A DNA stretch of 33,513 bases, from positions 1 to 33,513 of the forward strand of contig JAAEMD010000004.1 in NCBI GenBank assembly GCA_024225875.1, written 5' to 3'. This document shows positions 29,142 through 33,513 of the stretch, piece by piece. This DNA is from a bacterium. GTDB lineage: Bacteria; Margulisbacteria; Marinamargulisbacteria; JAAEMD01. The position numbers were made by a program, and so were the translations under genes. The notes under the pieces were generated by a model. That model ran no database searches, was not told the DNA's origin, and saw only the letters and a list, made by a program, of their open reading frames with translations. Each line of letters opens with the position of its first letter. Positions within the stretch are counted from its first letter, which is position 1.

Positions 29142-30008
29142 TTACTCTTTAATTATATCCATTAAATACTGACCATAACCTGTTTTTATCAGAGGACGGG
29201 CTAATTCAGTTAATTGTTTTTTATCGATATAACCCTCTCTGTAGGCTATTTCTTCGATACAGGCTATTTTTAAGCCCTGCCTTTCCTCTACAATTTTCAC
29301 AAAATTAGCTGCGTCTAAAAGAGCATTATGGGTACCAGTGTCTAACCAGGCATATCCCCGGCCCATAAGTTTTACATTCAACTCTCCCCTTTTTAAATAT
29401 ACATTATTAACAGATGTAATTTCCAATTCTCCTCTGGCTGATGGCTTTATTGATCTGGCAATTTTCGAAGCATCCTTATCATAATAATAGAGACCTGTAA
29501 CAGCATAGTTAGACCTGGGTATCCCGGGCTTTTCTTCAATAGAAACAGCCTTACCATCACTATCAAACTCAACAACTCCATAGCTTTCTGGATCAGCTAC
29601 ATAATAGCCAAAAACTGCAGCGCCTGACTTTTGTCTGGCTGTTTCTTTTAATAATTCCGTCAAATTCTGGCCAAAATATATATTATCTCCCAAAACAAGC
29701 CAGACACTATCACCATCAATAAACTCTTCACCAATAATTAAAGCGTCCGCTATACCTTTAGGAGAATCCTGAACTGCATATGAGAAGCTAAGTCCTAAAT
29801 GTTTTCCGTCTCCAAAAAGATCCTGATATCGTCCCAGATCTTTTGGTGTTGATATAATTAATATCTCGTTTACTCCTGCTAACATTAAAGTTGATAGCGG
29901 GTAATAAATCATCGGCTTATCATAGACTGGCAATAACTGCTTTAGTGTCGGTATCGTTATCGGATACAAACGGGTACCACTGCCGCCAGCAAGAATTATC
30001 CCTTTCAT
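29142..30008 (-). CDS. rfbA: Glucose-1-phosphate thymidylyltransferase
   Basis: [43 protein letters not shown]. Confidence 0.97.
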   Translation of the reverse strand: MKGIILAGGSGTRLYPITIPTLKQLLPVYDKPMIYYPLSTLMLAGVNEILIISTPKDLGRYQDLFGDGKHLGLSFSYAVQDSPKGIADALIIGEEFIDGDSVWLVLGDNIYFGQNLTELLKETARQKSGAAVFGYYVADPESYGVVEFDSDGKAVSIEEKPGIPRSNYAVTGLYYYDKDASKIARSIKPSARGELEITSVNNVYLKRGELNVKLMGRGYAWLDTGTHNALLDAANFVKIVEERQGLKIACIEEIAYREGYIDKKQLTELARPLIKTGYGQYLMDIIKE

Positions 30009-30052
30009 TATTTAAACAACTCCTTTTTCATCTTAAATATAATCCGTTTACT

Positions 30053-31201
30053 TTACTCTATTAAACCCATATTAGATTCTAAGAATTTTAATACATTTTC
30101 CGGATTTTTAATATCTGTTGGAATATTTACAACTTTGTCAGCCAGTTCAACAGCAATGGGATACCTGTCTGTTTCAAAATACCATTTATCAAAACCTGAT
30201 TCTACAGGATGAAGAGGTGAAATAAACCAGTCACCAAGCCTTATTTTAGATTTTTCTGCCAGAGCAAAAAACTTCTTTCTATCATTAACCAGAATCGGAT
30301 ATTTCAAAAAAGAATGGTTTTTAAAATGTTCTTTTTTAATATGTACTTTCCCGTTACGCATCAAAAATTCATTATAATGCCTGGCATTATTCTTTCTTAA
30401 TTCCATCACATATGGCAGTTCTTTCAAATTCTTCAAGCCTTCTCTGGCCTGAGCAGTGCTAAAACCTCTAAAAAAGTTATCCGGAATATCTGTTGAGGTT
30501 ATTTCTATACCTTGAGAAGAACCAATAATAAGATTATGCCTGCTTAAGAATCTATAAAGTCTTAACAGAAGCCAGTAAGAACTATCACATAAAAAATACC
30601 TTCTGACAAAATATAAAACCCTTAAAACCAGCTCTGCTTTAAAACCGGGCTCTGATTTCTGATTATACAAGCTGCTCATTTTATCAAAAATTGTCTGATT
30701 ATTAATTAACGCAAACCCACCTAATCCAGTTGAAAAAGGTTTGTTCCACTGTGTTGAAAAAAAAGCAGCATCACAATAACTTCCATTGGGCTTACCCTTA
30801 TATGTTCCGCCAAAACCATGACAACAATCTTCAATTGTCAATAATTTACAGGCTTTTGCTATTGCGGCTATCTCTTCCAGGTTTGATGATAATCCATAGG
30901 TATTCTGACAAATTACAGCTTTTGTTTTCTCAGTTATTGCTTCTGCTAATTTTGAAACATCCATATTATATGTCTGTCTGTCTACATCTACATAAACAGG
31001 TTTAGCTCCCAGATAAATAATTTGATTAGGGACTACCACACAGGTATAAGCAGGCAGGATAACCTCATCACCAGAAGAAATGCCAGCGCTCTTTAATATC
31101 GAGTAGAGAGCGACCCTGCCCTTCCAGTAAAAAAACAGCTGCCTGCTGGCAGGCAAATATCTGGTTAACTGCTCATTAAAATTATCTAAATATTTTTTCA
31201 C
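30053..31201 (-). CDS. Divergent DegT/DnrJ-family PLP-dependent protein
   Basis: GDEVILPAYTCVVV, IEDCCH, FFSTQWNKPFSTGLGG (PLP Lys). Confidence 0.85.
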   Translation of the reverse strand: MKKYLDNFNEQLTRYLPASRQLFFYWKGRVALYSILKSAGISSGDEVILPAYTCVVVPNQIIYLGAKPVYVDVDRQTYNMDVSKLAEAITEKTKAVICQNTYGLSSNLEEIAAIAKACKLLTIEDCCHGFGGTYKGKPNGSYCDAAFFSTQWNKPFSTGLGGFALINNQTIFDKMSSLYNQKSEPGFKAELVLRVLYFVRRYFLCDSSYWLLLRLYRFLSRHNLIIGSSQGIEITSTDIPDNFFRGFSTAQAREGLKNLKELPYVMELRKNNARHYNEFLMRNGKVHIKKEHFKNHSFLKYPILVNDRKKFFALAEKSKIRLGDWFISPLHPVESGFDKWYFETDRYPIAVELADKVVNIPTDIKNPENVLKFLESNMGLIE

Positions 31202-31223
31202 TGAACTTTATATTAACTTAAAA

Positions 31224-32339
31224 CTAAATGAATAAAAATTGCTTTAAATGCTCTACAATTCTATGCGCGGCTTTACCATCCCAGTATTTGAGCTCCTGTT
31301 TTCTTTTATTATTACCGTTTATTATATTTTTATATGCCCTGTAAATATTTTCTGGATCAGTACCTGCTAAATAGTTTGTGCCATTAGTAACAGTTACTGG
31401 TCGCTCTGTATTATCACGAATTGTTATACATGGCACATCTAAATAACTGGTTTCTTCCTGTAAGCCGCCGCTATCTGTTAAAACCATACCTGCATTCATA
31501 GTCAGGCTTAACATTTCATTATAACCAAGCGGGTCAAGCAGATTTATAACCCCCTCTTCTATACTATTAGAAAATGATTTATATCTGAAACCAAACTCAG
31601 AAACTTTCTTCCTTGTTCTTGGGTGGATAGGAAATATAACTTTTGTATCCTGAGAAATTTTATCAATAACACCCCATATTCCAGAAAACACTTTCTCAAT
31701 ATCAACATTTGAAGGTCTATGAAGAGTCAAAAGCACATAATTTCCTTTTACCAGTCCAATATCTTTATAAAACCGGGCTACTTTTACTTCTTTAAGTTGA
31801 TTTTCCAGTGTATCAATCATTACATTACCAACAAACACTATCTTTTCTTTTACGGCACCTTCTTTTAACAGCTGTCTGTCAGCATCCTGTGATGGAGTAT
31901 ATAAAATATCAGCAACAGCATCTGTAACCAGCCGGTTGATTTCCTCCGGCATCCTGCGATCAAAACTTCTTAGACCCGCCTCAATATGTGCCACCGGAAC
32001 ATGTAGTTTTGCAGCAACTATACTACAGCCCATTGTTGAATTAACATCACCGGCCACAACTACCAGGTCCGGTCTTTCCTTAAGTACAACTTCTTCAAAC
32101 CTTTTCATTACTTCAGCTGTCTGCCAGGCATGTGATCCTGAGCCAACTCCCAGATTTATATCGGCCAGGGGTATGTTAAGCTGTTCGAAGAATGTATGAC
32201 TCATGTTCTTATCATAATGCTGTCCTGTATGGACAATAATCGACTCAAATAAATCAGGATACCTTTTCAATTCTCTTACAACCGGACCAATCTTCATAAA
32301 GTTAGGCCTGGCAGCTGCCACCAGAATTATTTTTTTCAT
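31224..32339 (-). CDS. wecB: Non-hydrolysing UDP-N-acetylglucosamine 2-epimerase
   Basis: ARPNFMK, HTGQHYD, GDVNST, HIEAGLRS, MPEEINR, TDSGGLQEE, NTERP. Confidence 0.93.
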   Translation of the reverse strand: MKKIILVAAARPNFMKIGPVVRELKRYPDLFESIIVHTGQHYDKNMSHTFFEQLNIPLADINLGVGSGSHAWQTAEVMKRFEEVVLKERPDLVVVAGDVNSTMGCSIVAAKLHVPVAHIEAGLRSFDRRMPEEINRLVTDAVADILYTPSQDADRQLLKEGAVKEKIVFVGNVMIDTLENQLKEVKVARFYKDIGLVKGNYVLLTLHRPSNVDIEKVFSGIWGVIDKISQDTKVIFPIHPRTRKKVSEFGFRYKSFSNSIEEGVINLLDPLGYNEMLSLTMNAGMVLTDSGGLQEETSYLDVPCITIRDNTERPVTVTNGTNYLAGTDPENIYRAYKNIINGNNKRKQELKYWDGKAAHRIVEHLKQFLFI

Positions 32340-32528
32340 TCTTCTCCTCTTTAATACTTAATTACAATAACAAAAGTATAGCTGTCAGACAAAAAACTTT
32401 ACCTTTTTTATTATCATAAAATATCATAATCACTGCCATCAGTTAAGAATACTTCAATATAAAGCCTTAAGATAAAAAACAATTTTAAACTGGCCCACAA
32501 TAGTGTTGATGGGCAATGAGGCTGAAAC

Positions 32529-32556
32529 TTCTAAGTTCTAAGTTCTAAGTTCGAAG
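32529..32556. repeat. Heptamer tandem repeat (TTCTAAG x3 + TTCGAAG)
   Basis: Read directly in the intergenic region upstream of wecB. Confidence 0.8.
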
Positions 32557-32649
32557 TTATTGCCAGATTACCAGCCATTTTTGCTTTTAAGCCAATATAT
32601 ACTGATAAATCGTAACTTTATGTACGTATTGTATGTTTATTTTAGAGCT

Positions 32650-32754
32650 GATAGCTGTTTCAAAGCAAAATATCCGACACTTAAAGTTCTCAAATAGCTT
32701 CGTTTATGTACGCCAGTACACTGTACTCAGACATTTTACTTTGGGACAGCTATA
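32650..32754 (-). repeat. Palindromic MITE-like element, copy 5 (105 bp, reverse orientation)
   Basis: Reverse complement TATAGCTGTCCCAAAGTAAAATGTCTGAGTACAGTGTACTGGCGTACATAAACGAAG...GTCGGATATTTTGCTTTGAAACAGCTATC. Confidence 0.88.
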
Positions 32755-32809
32755 TGAGTCTGTCCCCTGGTTGTTTAGATCTGATCATCTGAATTTTCTT
32801 CGTTCATAA

Positions 32810-33397
32810 CTATTCATATGAGAAGTTAAGTTTACTTTGAATGCCATTAGAACCCGCAAGGACATTTAAGTTTTCTATATAGTCTTTCAAATCATGTCCC
32901 CAGAATAAATCATCATCATTTTCATAATTCATTGTCGAATCAGATTTCAATTCAAATTTAAGTCCTAAGCCATTAACTTCTTGCACTAACCAGTTTTTGG
33001 CGTCAATACTTAAACGGCTGTTAGCAATAACAAACTTGTTAATAAAACAACAAACAGCCAGAGTAAAGGGACTTTTATGCAGAACCTGGATTCCTTTCTT
33101 TTGTAAGAATTTTTCTAATAACTTTAAATACTTTAAAGGCGCCTTAGGATCTCTATAGTCCAGATATCTCTTATAAGTTAATGTTTTATTGGGGTTATCA
33201 AAAGTGTCCAGCATGAACATTAATGATATGACTAGAGTAGTTGGTGTTTTCATGCCATCATGAAGTTTATCCAGGTTATTAAGCAGTTCACTGGATAACC
33301 TGGACTCCTCTTTTACATCACTTTGTTTTTTTATAGACTTTAGAACTGTTTTTTCAATTACTACGTCATCTTTATTATAGTTGATATCTTTTTTCAT
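32810..33397 (-). CDS. Hypothetical protein
   Basis: 195-aa ORF with no competing ORF; no recognisable motif. Confidence 0.65.
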   Translation of the reverse strand: MKKDINYNKDDVVIEKTVLKSIKKQSDVKEESRLSSELLNNLDKLHDGMKTPTTLVISLMFMLDTFDNPNKTLTYKRYLDYRDPKAPLKYLKLLEKFLQKKGIQVLHKSPFTLAVCCFINKFVIANSRLSIDAKNWLVQEVNGLGLKFELKSDSTMNYENDDDLFWGHDLKDYIENLNVLAGSNGIQSKLNFSYE

Positions 33398-33513
33398 TTT
33401 ACTTGATTTTGCGCTGATAATTTTATTACTCCGTACCTAAAGTAGTAGATAATAACTAGGCAGCGTAAGCAACTTCTTTTTTCTTAAAAAAGTTAGTAAT
33501 TTTGTTTGGAGAT

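Noticed and set aside
32493-32528. Fluoride or c-di-GMP riboswitch-like GGCAATGAGG segment
   Set aside because: Wrong strand for the downstream gene, and the remaining conserved motifs are absent.
32378-32630. Short matches to the repeat element (TATAGCTGTC near 32378; TTTATGTACG near 32617)
   Set aside because: Only ~10 bp each and not in the spacing of a full copy; cannot be distinguished from chance or very old debris.

Overview
AT-rich bacterial chromosomal window, mostly housekeeping. The left end (1-1637) is the decayed edge of an integrative island at the 3' end of tRNA-Arg(CCT): a partial IS256-family transposase, an orphan membrane-anchored ORF, a tyrosine-integrase remnant missed by the ORF track, and tandem att-arm-like repeats. 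It is followed by an ExoI/SbcB-like nuclease, hrcA-grpE-dnaK-dnaJ with a perfect CIRCE, a Gfo/Idh/MocA dehydrogenase, metK, cinA(C-term)-recA-rny-ymdB, a stand-alone HisKA-like mini protein, lptB plus a single lptF/G, a K+-dependent membrane pyrophosphatase, split class I fumarase, gmhA, a UDP-sugar dehydrogenase and mtnP-class II aldolase-mtnA (DHAP-shunt-like). A convergent minus-strand glycan cluster (wecB, two DegT enzymes, rfbA, rfbB, apt, sugar transferase) ends the window. The most striking unannotated signal is a ~116-bp palindromic, TA-bounded MITE-like repeat with 6 copies at 5 loci. All copies are co-oriented with the flanking downstream gene, and one supplies the C-terminus and stop codon of the aldolase. 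Gene content suggests a diderm Terrabacteria lineage, possibly Margulisbacteria-like; this is inference only.
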